The notes under the pieces: generated by a model | What the model saw: the letters and a program-made list of their open reading frames with translations, nothing else | The model's database searches: none | What the model was told of the DNA's origin: nothing | Translations under genes and position numbers: made by a program | Source of the DNA: Dehalococcoidia bacterium | GTDB lineage: Bacteria; Chloroflexota; Dehalococcoidia; Plut-88900 | Reading direction: 5' to 3' | DNA length: 64,000 nucleotides | Assembly: GCA_965249275.1 (NCBI GenBank) | Contig: CBDFLQ010000006.1 | Span: 768,001 to 832,000 of the forward strand | Part shown: in pieces, positions 38,796-48,464 of the stretch | Numbering within the stretch: the first letter of the stretch is position 1 | Layout of the letters: each line of letters starts with the position of its first letter

Positions 38796-40148
38796 GTGTC
38801 CACTCCTCATCCATATACCACATCCATATCATTTGACAGACGGCTTTATAAGCACGATATCGCCGGGTCAAAGGCGCATGCGCGGATGCTTGGGCGGCAG
38901 GGGATTGTTCCTGAGTCGGAGGTCGAGGCTATATGCAAGGGTCTCGACGTCATTGAGCGGGAGATCGAGGCCGGGGCTTTTCCATTTCGGGAAGAGCTGG
39001 AAGACATTCACATGAACGTCGAGACCCGTCTCGCCGAGCTCATCGGGGAACCGGCTGGAAGGCTTCACACTGCACGTTCCCGTAACGACCAAGTTGCACT
39101 GGACGTACGCCTGTTTCTGAGGGAAGCCATCGAAGACGCCATAGTGGGTCTTCGCTCGTTTCAGAACGCTCTTCTTTCGCAAGCAGAGGCCAACGCCGAC
39201 GCGATCATGCCCGGCTACACGCACCTGCAGCGCGCCCAGCCCGTTCTTGTTGCTCATCACCTGCTCGCCTACTTTGAGATGGCGCAGCGAGACATTGCAC
39301 GATTCAAGGACTGCCGCCGACGCGCGAACGTACTGCCCCTGGGGGCAGGGGCGCTGGCGGGCGTCACGTACCCGATCGACCGTGAGTTCGTGGCAGAGGA
39401 GTTGGGGTTCGATGGGGTGGCACGAAACAGCATGGACGCCGTCTCCGACCGGGACTTCCTCGTGGAGTTCCATGCATCGGCGGCCATTGCTATGATGCAC
39501 CTCTCCCGCCTGGCCGAGGAGATGATAATCTGGACCTCCGAAGAGTTCGGGTTCGCCTCGCTTGCCCCCGAATACACGACGGGCAGCAGCATAATGCCCC
39601 AGAAGCGCAACCCGGACGTGGCCGAGCTTGGCCGGGGAAAGACAGGTCGGGTCTACGGCAACCTGGTGGCCCTGCTCACTACCCTCAAGGCCCTGCCGCT
39701 CGCCTACAATAAGGACATGCAAGAGGACAAGGAGGGCCTGTTCGACACCGTGGATACCCTCAACGCTACCCTCGCCGCATTCGCAGGAATGGTGGAGACC
39801 ATGACCATCAACCGAGAGAGGACGCTGAGGGCTGCGGAGGCCGGTGTTTATTCAGGCATACTAGCCACGGACCTTGCGGACTACCTCGTGGCAAAGGGGT
39901 TGCCTTTCCGGGAGGCACACGGAGCTACCAAATCTCTTGTCATCTATGCCGCCGAGAAGAGCACGGCCCTCAACGAGCTGAGCCTGGAGGAATACCGGCG
40001 TTTCTCTTCACTATTCGATAAGGATGTCTTCGCCATTACCGTGGAATCGTCCCTAGCGGCTCGGGCCAGCCAGGGGGGCACAGCGCCCGAGAGGGTTAAG
40101 GAAGCGTTATCACAAGCCCGAGAGATGTTGAGGTCTGAAAGTGCCTGA
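38796..40148 (+). CDS. argH: Argininosuccinate lyase
   Basis: [35 protein letters not shown]. Confidence 0.97.
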   Translation: MSTPHPYTTSISFDRRLYKHDIAGSKAHARMLGRQGIVPESEVEAICKGLDVIEREIEAGAFPFREELEDIHMNVETRLAELIGEPAGRLHTARSRNDQVALDVRLFLREAIEDAIVGLRSFQNALLSQAEANADAIMPGYTHLQRAQPVLVAHHLLAYFEMAQRDIARFKDCRRRANVLPLGAGALAGVTYPIDREFVAEELGFDGVARNSMDAVSDRDFLVEFHASAAIAMMHLSRLAEEMIIWTSEEFGFASLAPEYTTGSSIMPQKRNPDVAELGRGKTGRVYGNLVALLTTLKALPLAYNKDMQEDKEGLFDTVDTLNATLAAFAGMVETMTINRERTLRAAEAGVYSGILATDLADYLVAKGLPFREAHGATKSLVIYAAEKSTALNELSLEEYRRFSSLFDKDVFAITVESSLAARASQGGTAPERVKEALSQAREMLRSESA

Positions 40149-40818
40149 TTCCTCCGAGATAAAAATCTCACCTTCGATTCTATCTGCAGATTTTGGGCGT
40201 CTCGGTGAGCAGGTTGCCGAGGCCTCGGAGTCGGGGGCCGACTACATCCACGTCGACATCATGGACGGCCACTTCGTCCCCAATCTCACGATTGGGCCGA
40301 TCATCGTATCGGGGATTCGGCCATGGACCGAACTGCCCCTGGACGTTCATCTGATGATAGAGGAACCGGACAGGCTGATTCCAGACTTCGCCAAGGCGGG
40401 CGCAAACATACTTACCGTCCATCCGGAGGCGTGTCGACACCTCCACCGGGTTATCTACCAGATCAAGGACCTGGGCGTGAAGGCAGGGATATCGCTCAAT
40501 CCCGGGACTCCCGCTTCCGTGCTTGAACCCGTGATATCCGACGTTGACCTAGTTTTGGTGATGACTGTAAACCCGGGATTCGGGGGGCAGAAGTACATTC
40601 ACAGCGTGACGAGCAAGATCGCCAAGGTGCGGCAGATGCTGGATGAGGCGGGGTCGGGGGCGGAGTTGGAGGTGGACGGGGGAATTAATGCAGAGACGGC
40701 GTCGAAAGCCGTGGAGGCAGGGGCGAGGGTACTGGTGGCCGGGTCGGCGGTGTTCAACGATCGGGACACGGTGGCCGGGTCAATTGCCAGAATTCGGGAG
40801 AGCCTCGGGCAGGCTTAG
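40141..40818 (+). CDS. rpe: Ribulose-phosphate 3-epimerase
   Basis: [34 protein letters not shown]. Confidence 0.97.
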   Translation: MPDSSEIKISPSILSADFGRLGEQVAEASESGADYIHVDIMDGHFVPNLTIGPIIVSGIRPWTELPLDVHLMIEEPDRLIPDFAKAGANILTVHPEACRHLHRVIYQIKDLGVKAGISLNPGTPASVLEPVISDVDLVLVMTVNPGFGGQKYIHSVTSKIAKVRQMLDEAGSGAELEVDGGINAETASKAVEAGARVLVAGSAVFNDRDTVAGSIARIRESLGQA

Positions 40819-40823
40819 GCTGC

Positions 40824-42335
40824 CTAGTTTAGCAATTCGTCGATTATCGGACCGAGCTGTCCAGCGGTCAGCGATCCAATCCGCTTGATTGACTGTCCAC
40901 CACTACTAATGATGAAGGCGGGCTGAGTGAAGATGCCGTTGGCTTGCGCGGCGGCTCGGTCTTCTTCCAAGAATTTCTGGTACCTCTGCTCTTCCATGCA
41001 AGCGGTAAATTGGGGCACGTTCAGACCCAGAGTCTGTGCCAAGCTGATCTGGCCTTGGACGCTCCCGGAGCCGCTTCGAATTCGGGCGTCATGAAACTCC
41101 CAGAACTTATCTTGCTCACCGGCGCACTCCGTTCCCAGAGACATGATTCTCGAGGCGGGACCGAAAGTGGTCCGGTGGCGGAGCACCAGCTTTACCTGAC
41201 CTTGGTCTATGTATTGTCGCTTTATCTCCTGGGCCGGTCCAAGGGCCCAATTCCTGCAAACGCCTCATTGAAAGTCGCTGAATTCCTCCAGCGTTACGGG
41301 TGCGTCCAGGGACCCGAGAATGTTCCATGGCCGTCCGGAGGGTAAAGGCTCAGGGGTGGGAATTGGGGTTGGGATAGGAGTTGGCGTAGCAGTTGGGACG
41401 GGGGTTGGAGAGGGAGTCGGGACTGGAGTTGATGAGGCGGAGGGGACTGAGGTAGGAGTTGGGGCGGGTGACGTAGCGATGGGCGTAGGCACAGGCATGG
41501 GGGCGGGGGTCGATGTCGGGACAGGGATTGCAGTAGGTGTTGGGGTTGGTGCAGGAGTCGGTACAGGCGTAGCCAGCAACTCATCAATTACTGCGGATAT
41601 TTCTTCGAAGGAGGGTGATCCGTCGTATTTTGTTCCAGTTTGGTTGGGGTCGGTGGACAGGACGAAGATGGTGGGTGTGACCGAGACTTCGTTCCGCAGG
41701 GCCAGATTTATGTCTCTTTGAATGACGCCGTCGTAGGTTCTGGCTTCCATGCAAGCCGAGAATCGGCCCGTGTCCAGGCCAAGGTCTTCGGCGAACCCTT
41801 CGAGTCTTTCCACCCCTCTGCCGCCCTCGCCCTGTTTTTCGTAAAGAGTGTCATGGTACTGCCAGAAAGAGCCCTGTTCTCCCGCACACTCGGTGGCGTG
41901 GGCCGCCAAGTATGAATCATCGTTGATGTGAGGGAAATGGAAGTAGTTCAGGTTCACCAGCCCGGTTTCGACGTATACCTTCTTTACTTCGAGGGCCGCA
42001 CCACGGGCCCAATGCTTGCAACCGGGTCAGAGGAAGTCGCCGAAATCGGCTATGGACACGGAGGCATCCGACGAGCCAAGGACATTCCAGTCCCGGGTCG
42101 TTGGGGGTGCGTCCTGCGTGGAGTCGGGTGGAGGGGTGTCGGTGGGAGGAGCGTCGGAGGAGGCCGAAGTCGATGGAGGGACGAGGGTGTTAGTGGGGAC
42201 CGGCGCGCCGGTAGATGTAGGATCAACTATCTCAGGGTCTGACGAACAGGCCCATGAAACTATAGCAAGGGTAGTTATACAAAATAGGAGGATGCCGAGT
42301 CGGGTGAATGTCAGGCGTCGGGGGAGAATGGACAT
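40824..42335 (-). CDS. Predicted lipoprotein with two tandem DsbA-like thioredoxin domains, each with Sec (TGA at 42027-42029 and 41265-41267); 503 aa
   Basis: Three ORF-track fragments join in frame: SWAC lipobox, P/T linker, FGDFL-U-PGC, TP cis-Pro, P/T linker, FSDFQ-U-GVC, QP cis-Pro. Confidence 0.88.
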
Positions 42336-42373
42336 TTGAGAAGACCCGTGTCCCAGCATTGGCGCTCGGGCCA

Positions 42374-43132
42374 CTAGTACGCGGAGCCCAGATATTCGTC
42401 TATGACTGCGGAAACCACGTCGAAGGCGCGTGCCCCGACGAACTTGGTCATCTGATCGCTGCTCAGGATGAAGATAGTTGGCTGCGTGGTTACGCCATCC
42501 TCTCGAGCCTGAGCCAAGTCCCCGTCGACAATGTGCTCATAGGTCTCGTTTTCCATGCAGGCGGTGAACTTGGGAATGTCCAAGCCGATGGTATTGGCAC
42601 GAGCTATTTGCCCCTGGACGCCTATCTCCCTGGTCCGCTCCTGGAATATCGCGTCGTGATATTTCCAGAATTCACCCTGCTCACCCGCACACTCGGTGCC
42701 TTGAGCCATCAGGCGCGATTCGGGACCCAGGACGGCGTAATGGCGGTATTCCACCTTGACCCTGCCGTCGTCCACGTAGGTCGATTTGATCTCCTGGGCC
42801 GTTCCAAGGGCCCAGCGCCTACAGCCGGGTCATTGGAAGTCACTATAGTCCAAGACGGTGACCGACGCGTCCGCCGAGCCGAGGACATTCCATCCCCTGC
42901 CATCAGGGTCAAGGGTGATCACCGATAAGGCAGTCGGTGTGGCAGCGGGCTGGGCCGTGGGGTCAGGGTCGGCATCCGGTGCGGTAGTAGCAGACGGGGC
43001 CTGGGTGGCAGTGGGGTCGGGAGAATCGGTTGATCCGCCACAGGCCCAAGCAGCCCCAGCGACAAGCGCGCAGAGGAGCAACACCACAGCGGGCGCAACC
43101 GTGCGTCGGCGGAGGAGGGCAGACAAAGTCAA
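42374..43132 (-). CDS. Predicted DsbA-like lipoprotein selenoprotein (TGA at 42830-42832); 252 aa
   Basis: AWAC lipobox, P/T linker, LGSADASVTVLDYSDFQ-U-PGC, ECAGEQG.FW, TQPT; TTG start overlaps the rpmB stop. Confidence 0.88.
42794..42815 (-). promoter_or_regulatory. Candidate bacterial SECIS hairpin
   Basis: CUGGGCC-CUUGGAAC-GGCCCAG begins 14 nt after the UGA; equivalent hairpins at 41229-41250 and 41993-42010. Confidence 0.6.
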
Positions 43133-43314
43133 GATGCTTGCTTGTACTGGGTCCTGAGGCAGCGGGTGCAGACCTTCATCCGCTGCCGCTTGCCATTTAT
43201 CATCAGCCGCACGGGGTGAACGTTCGGCCTGTACATCCGGGGCGTGTGCCTTTTGGAGTGGCTTACGTTCCTGCCGAAGCGGGGAATCTTGTTACATATT
43301 TCGCACTTCGCCAA
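43129..43314 (-). CDS. rpmB: 50S ribosomal protein L28 (zinc-binding type)
   Basis: AKCEIC.K.P.FGRNVSHS..R...PN...KVCTRCLR. Confidence 0.95.
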   Translation of the reverse strand: MAKCEICNKIPRFGRNVSHSKRHTPRMYRPNVHPVRLMINGKRQRMKVCTRCLRTQYKQAS

Positions 43315-43402
43315 TTTAATCGCCTTTAGTGTAGAATCAGTATCCAAGACGTTAGCATAAATGCCCCAACTTTACAATCTGAAACCCCTTGCCCGAGCAC
43401 AG

Positions 43403-45052
43403 ATGACCTCCTCCAAGAAGACCAAGAGCGCCCGCCGAGACTCCTGCGTAGATGACGCATCCCCACTCCTCAGGATGTTTGATGCCGCAACCCGCTGGCT
43501 TGAGGCTAACGCGCCTTACGTCGACTCCCTGAACGTCTTTCCAGTCCCCGACGGCGATACAGGCATCAACATGCTCTTTACCCTTCGCGCAGCCTACAAG
43601 GCCGCCAAGGAATGCCCCGACCCCACCCTCGGCCCTCAGGCCCGCGCCCTAGCCTGGGGCGCCCTTATGGAGGCCCGGGGCAACAGCGGGGTTATATTGT
43701 CACAGATTCTCCGAGGATTCGCCGATGGGGTCGACGGGGCCAGTGAGCTGGACGGGCCGACTCTTGCCCGCAGCTTGGCGTTGGCAACCGAGTCCGCGTA
43801 CAAGGGTGTCGAGAGCCCGGTCGAGGGGACGATGTTGACGGTTATCAAGGATACGGCTCGGGCAGCGGAGACCGCGGCCAACGCGGGCAGTAATCTCGAA
43901 GACGTGCTAGGCGACGCAGTCCGGGAGGCCGAGGCATCCGTTCTGCGCACCCCCGACCTCCTTCCCGTACTCAAGGAGGCGGATGTCGTCGATGCCGGCG
44001 GCCAAGGCGTGTTCCTCATCCTGGAAGGAGCATTGAAAGGCCTCACCAACCAACCCCTGGGGGAAGCACCCGCTGCACTGGATGGAGATGCAATTGCCAG
44101 GGTGTCTGTGGTGGGGAGCAGTGAATCCACTGACCAAGTCTACGGCAACTGCACACAGTTCATTATCCGGGGCCAGGGGCTGGACTCGGCGCAAATCAGG
44201 GCGGCGGTCGGCAGGGCCGGCCAGTCGACCGTGGTGGTGGGAGAAAAGGAGCTGGTCCGCGTCCACACACACAGCTTCGCCCCAGATGAGGTTGTAGAGC
44301 TGTGCATGGCCTTCGGGGAGGTGTCCCAGGTCAGCGTTCAGGACATGGACGAGCAGCACGCCGATTGGCTTCGGGCCCCTTCAAGGGAGAGGGCCCCGGC
44401 CATTGGAATCGTTGCCGTAGTGCCTGGGCCCGGGATTGAGGAAGTATTTTCCAGCCTGGGCGTTGGGGCCTTTGTGCCAGGCGGGCAATCGATGAACCCG
44501 AGTGTCGGGCAGATCCTTGAGGCAGTCGAGTCTCTATCTGCTGAGTCGGTCATAGTGCTGCCCAACAACAAGAATGTAGTCCTCACCGCCCGCAAGGCCG
44601 CAGAGGTGTCCTCCAAGCAGGTTAAGGTAGTACCCACAACCAACGTGCCTCAGGGAGTCGCGGGGGTCCTAGCGTTCAACCTGACCGAGCCTTTGGATAA
44701 CAACGTGGAGTCGATGCAGCAGGCGCTGGACGGTGTATACTCGCTGGAGATCTCCAGTGCCGTAAGGTCCACCTCCGTAGACGGAATCCCCGTCCGCAAG
44801 GGAGACGCAATCGGCATCCTTGACGGGGAACTGACCGCAGCGTGCCCCGAACCGGAAGACGTGGTCCGCAAGCTTGCGCCGAGGTTAGAGTCGAGGGAAC
44901 TTTCCCTGGCCACCGTATACTACGGTGAAGGCGTTACGGAAGACCAACAGACGCGGCTAATTAAGGCCTTCGAAGAGGCCGCATCTTTCCTGGAAGTGGA
45001 AATGATCCATGGGGGGCAACCCCACTACCAATTCATTGTTTCGCTGGAATAG
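43403..45052 (+). CDS. fakA: DAK2 domain protein (fatty acid kinase subunit A, YloV-like)
   Basis: LNVFPVPDGDTG.NM, ARGNSGVILSQ, GGQSMNPS, LPNNKN, GGQPHY. Confidence 0.92.
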   Translation: MTSSKKTKSARRDSCVDDASPLLRMFDAATRWLEANAPYVDSLNVFPVPDGDTGINMLFTLRAAYKAAKECPDPTLGPQARALAWGALMEARGNSGVILSQILRGFADGVDGASELDGPTLARSLALATESAYKGVESPVEGTMLTVIKDTARAAETAANAGSNLEDVLGDAVREAEASVLRTPDLLPVLKEADVVDAGGQGVFLILEGALKGLTNQPLGEAPAALDGDAIARVSVVGSSESTDQVYGNCTQFIIRGQGLDSAQIRAAVGRAGQSTVVVGEKELVRVHTHSFAPDEVVELCMAFGEVSQVSVQDMDEQHADWLRAPSRERAPAIGIVAVVPGPGIEEVFSSLGVGAFVPGGQSMNPSVGQILEAVESLSAESVIVLPNNKNVVLTARKAAEVSSKQVKVVPTTNVPQGVAGVLAFNLTEPLDNNVESMQQALDGVYSLEISSAVRSTSVDGIPVRKGDAIGILDGELTAACPEPEDVVRKLAPRLESRELSLATVYYGEGVTEDQQTRLIKAFEEAASFLEVEMIHGGQPHYQFIVSLE

Positions 45053-45105
45053 CAGGGGAAGCGAGGCTTTCCCTTGGTTCCAATAAATCAAGGGCAGGGT
45101 AGAAA

Positions 45106-45960
45106 ATGAGCGTAAGAGTCGTTACCGACAGCACCTCCGACCTCCCGCCCGAGATCTGCCGGGAATTGGACATCACCGTCGTGCCCCTGACCGTTAATTT
45201 CGGCGATACGGGGTACAGGGACGGAGTCGACCTGAGCACTGACGAGTTCTACAAAAAGCTCATAGCATCAGACAAGCTGCCAACTACTTCCCAGCCCTCC
45301 GCAGGCGCTTTCGCCGAGGCCTACAAGGAAGTGGCGAAAGACACCGATGAGATACTCTCGATCCATATCTCCGGCAAGCTGAGCCAGACCTACAACTCGG
45401 CCCGGTTGGCTGCGTCTGAGATGGATGGGAGTTGCAATATTCAGGTTGTGGACTCTCTACAGGTGTCCATGGGCCTGGGATGCATAGCCATGGCAGCCGC
45501 CCGGGCCGCGAGGGACGGCGCTTCCATGGAAGACCTGCAACAGCTGGTGTCCAAGATGATGCCGGAGACCCGTACCTTCGCCCTTCTTGAGACTTTAGAG
45601 TACTTGGCGAAGGGTGGCAGGATCGGCAAGGTGCAGGCTTATCTCGGAAACTCTCTCCGACCCCTCGCCATCTTCAAAGTCATACCCATCGTAGAGGTCA
45701 GAGGCGGAGAGGTCCACCCACTCACCCGCGTCCGCACCCGGCAAAAGGGGCTCGACCGGCTCATCACTGAAGCCAGTAGTGCGTCCGACATTACAATGGC
45801 GGGAGTTGCCTACAGCACCAACCGCCAGGAAGCCGAGTCCGTATTGGAGAGCCTGCGACCTCTCGTAAGCCCCGACAACCTCGTTCTCTCCCGATTCGGC
45901 CCGGTCCTCGGCACTCACATTGGGCCCGGTGCGCTGGGCCTGGTATTCACCACGGGCTAG
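45106..45960 (+). CDS. degV: DegV family fatty acid-binding protein
   Basis: VTDSTSDL, PTTSQPS, LAKGGRIG, THIGPG. Confidence 0.93.
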   Translation: MSVRVVTDSTSDLPPEICRELDITVVPLTVNFGDTGYRDGVDLSTDEFYKKLIASDKLPTTSQPSAGAFAEAYKEVAKDTDEILSIHISGKLSQTYNSARLAASEMDGSCNIQVVDSLQVSMGLGCIAMAAARAARDGASMEDLQQLVSKMMPETRTFALLETLEYLAKGGRIGKVQAYLGNSLRPLAIFKVIPIVEVRGGEVHPLTRVRTRQKGLDRLITEASSASDITMAGVAYSTNRQEAESVLESLRPLVSPDNLVLSRFGPVLGTHIGPGALGLVFTTG

Positions 45961-45990
45961 AGAGGTCCTTGACGGCGCAATAGCCGGACC

Positions 45991-48426
45991 ATGCAGCAAG
46001 GACTGGAGACCCTGAAGAAGGTATTGGCATTGGAGCGCCAACGCGGCTTCACCGATAAAGCCGTTGTCGGTGGGCTGGACGCCTTCCTGGACAAGTGGCG
46101 GGTAGACAGTCCGGAGGAATTCTCTCTACCCAACAGCTACGAGCACCTGGAACCGTCGGAGCGCAAGCGTTGGATAGAGGCGACCCTGGCAAAATTATCG
46201 GGATCCCCCACACCGCCCCCGGAACGGCCACCAATCAAGACCAGGGCTAAAACTCCTGCAGCCAAAGCCAAGTCCAGTCAACCAAAGCCAGCTCTCAAAG
46301 AGGAGTCTCCGCAACTCGGCTCTCCGATAACCGCACTCAAGGGAGTCCAGGACGCGACCGCCAAGAGGTTCGCGAAGCTGGGAGTGACGACGGTCAGGGA
46401 CCTTATCTACCACTTCCCCAACCGGCACCTGGACTTCCGCACCACCAGCCCCATTGCCAACCTGGTCCCGGGCGAAGACCAGACGGCCACGGGATTCATT
46501 TGGGAGGCTTCTCTGGTCAGGCTCGGGCCCCGGGCCCAGGGAACCGAGGTGATCATCGGGGACGACACCGGCAACATCAAGGCCGTCTGGTTCAACAACA
46601 CCTGGTTGGCCCGATCCCTGAAACCGAACCAGCGCATCGCAGTTGGGGGCAAGGTGAAGGTATTCCGAGGCCGGAAGGTCTTCGAGAACCCTGAGCATGA
46701 AATAATTTCGGAGAATAACCGCACTCATACGGGCCGCATGGTGCCCATCTACCCGCTCACCGACGGCCTTTACCAAAGGTCCGTCCGAAACCTTGTCCGC
46801 CGAGCCCTCGATTTTACCCTGCGCAAGGCGTCCGAAGTCCTGCATGAGGACCTCATACGCCGCCGAGACTTACTCGGCATTCGAGAGGCGATAGCCCAGG
46901 CCCACTACCCCGACGACGAAGAGTCAAAGGAGACGGCGCGTACACGCCTCGCCTTCGACGAGCTCTTCCTCATTCAGCTGCGCGTCCTGGCAAAAAAGCG
47001 AGATTGGCAACTCGGCCAAGAGGCCAGACCGATTCCCATAAACTCCGCCCTTACCCAAAGCTTCGTGGATTCCCTGCCATTCCCTCTGACCAAGGCCCAG
47101 TCAAGCGCCCTGGAGCAGGTCACCGGGGACATGCAAGGCCCCCGGCCCATGGCCCGTCTTCTGCAGGGTGACGTCGGGAGCGGGAAGACCGTTGTAGCTA
47201 CGGGCGCATTGCTACAGGCCGTGGCCAACGGGGCCCAGGGTGCGATCATGGTCCCCACGGAGATACTCGCAGAGCAGCACTTCCGCACCATTTGCGGGCT
47301 GCTGGGTAAGGAGCCGGGTCTCGGGTGGGGAAACGAAGTGGTCCAGTCCTTTGACTCGTTTTTCGATAGGCCAATCAGAGTCGGGCTTCTCATCGGGGAC
47401 ATCAGGCAAGGAGCCAAGCGGGAAGTGCACAGGATGATCGAGGAGGGCCACATAGACATAGTGGTCGGGACTCAGGCCCTGATCCAGAAGAGGGTCGAGT
47501 TTAGGGACCTGGCCCTCATCGTCGTCGACGAGCAGCACCGATTCGGGGTAATGCAACGCGCCGCCCTCCGACAGAAGGGCGCGAGCCCTCACCTCCTGGT
47601 CATGACTGCCACTCCCATCCCCCGCACCCTCGCGCTAACCCTATACGGCGATCTCGACCTGACTATACTCGACGAGATGCCCCCCGGCAGGCTCCCGATA
47701 GAGACCAAATGGGTCAAGCCCCACCAGAGGAACCTAGCTTACGACTTTGTGAGGCAGCAGGTGCAGAAGGGACGGCAGGCGTTTGTCATCTGTCCATTGG
47801 TCGAGGAGTCGGAGGCGCTCCAGACCCGCGCCGCGACCAAGGAGTACGAGTGGCTGTCCGAGGACGTATTTCGGGAACTTCGCCTTGGATTGCTTCACGG
47901 CCGCATGAACCCAGCCGACAAGGACGAGGTCATGGATTCTTTTCGTCGGGGTGAACTGGACATACTTGTCTCGACTGCCGTTGTAGAGGTCGGGATCGAC
48001 GTGCCGAATGCCTCGGTGATGATGATAGAGGGCGCTGAACGTTTCGGATTGTCCCAGTTGCACCAGTTCCGGGGCCGCGTAGGTCGGGGCCCCGACCAGA
48101 GCTATTGCCTGCTCCTGTCCGATCAGCCTTCTGAAGAGGCCCGAGAGCGTCTCGATCTTATGACCAGGACCCTCGATGGCTTCGTGCTTGCCGAGGAGGA
48201 CCTCCGCCTGCGGGGCCCAGGCGAGTTCTTCGGCACGCGTCAAAGCGGCCTCCCCGATCTCCGCATGGCCCGCTTGAGCGACACCGCTCTACTGGAGATG
48301 GCCAGGCTGGAAGCCGAGCAGGCTATGGGTCGGGACCCGTACCTGGAGCTGCCCGAGCACAAGACGCTGGCGGCCGAACTGGAGCGGCTCGGGCCTACGT
48401 GGGCCATTGGCGGGACCGAGGCTTAG
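45991..48426 (+). CDS. recG: ATP-dependent DNA helicase RecG
   Basis: RLLQGDVGSGKT, DEQHRFG, MTATPIPRTL, QFRGRVGR. Confidence 0.97.
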   Translation: MQQGLETLKKVLALERQRGFTDKAVVGGLDAFLDKWRVDSPEEFSLPNSYEHLEPSERKRWIEATLAKLSGSPTPPPERPPIKTRAKTPAAKAKSSQPKPALKEESPQLGSPITALKGVQDATAKRFAKLGVTTVRDLIYHFPNRHLDFRTTSPIANLVPGEDQTATGFIWEASLVRLGPRAQGTEVIIGDDTGNIKAVWFNNTWLARSLKPNQRIAVGGKVKVFRGRKVFENPEHEIISENNRTHTGRMVPIYPLTDGLYQRSVRNLVRRALDFTLRKASEVLHEDLIRRRDLLGIREAIAQAHYPDDEESKETARTRLAFDELFLIQLRVLAKKRDWQLGQEARPIPINSALTQSFVDSLPFPLTKAQSSALEQVTGDMQGPRPMARLLQGDVGSGKTVVATGALLQAVANGAQGAIMVPTEILAEQHFRTICGLLGKEPGLGWGNEVVQSFDSFFDRPIRVGLLIGDIRQGAKREVHRMIEEGHIDIVVGTQALIQKRVEFRDLALIVVDEQHRFGVMQRAALRQKGASPHLLVMTATPIPRTLALTLYGDLDLTILDEMPPGRLPIETKWVKPHQRNLAYDFVRQQVQKGRQAFVICPLVEESEALQTRAATKEYEWLSEDVFRELRLGLLHGRMNPADKDEVMDSFRRGELDILVSTAVVEVGIDVPNASVMMIEGAERFGLSQLHQFRGRVGRGPDQSYCLLLSDQPSEEARERLDLMTRTLDGFVLAEEDLRLRGPGEFFGTRQSGLPDLRMARLSDTALLEMARLEAEQAMGRDPYLELPEHKTLAAELERLGPTWAIGGTEA

Positions 48427-48464
48427 GGTATAATCTCGGTTTCCTAGCAGCAGAGGCGGCTCGA

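Noticed and set aside
41340-41575. Short tandem-like repeats (also around 540-780, 50300-50550, 57240-57480)
   Set aside because: They encode Pro/Thr-rich protein linkers; not CRISPR or DNA-level repeats
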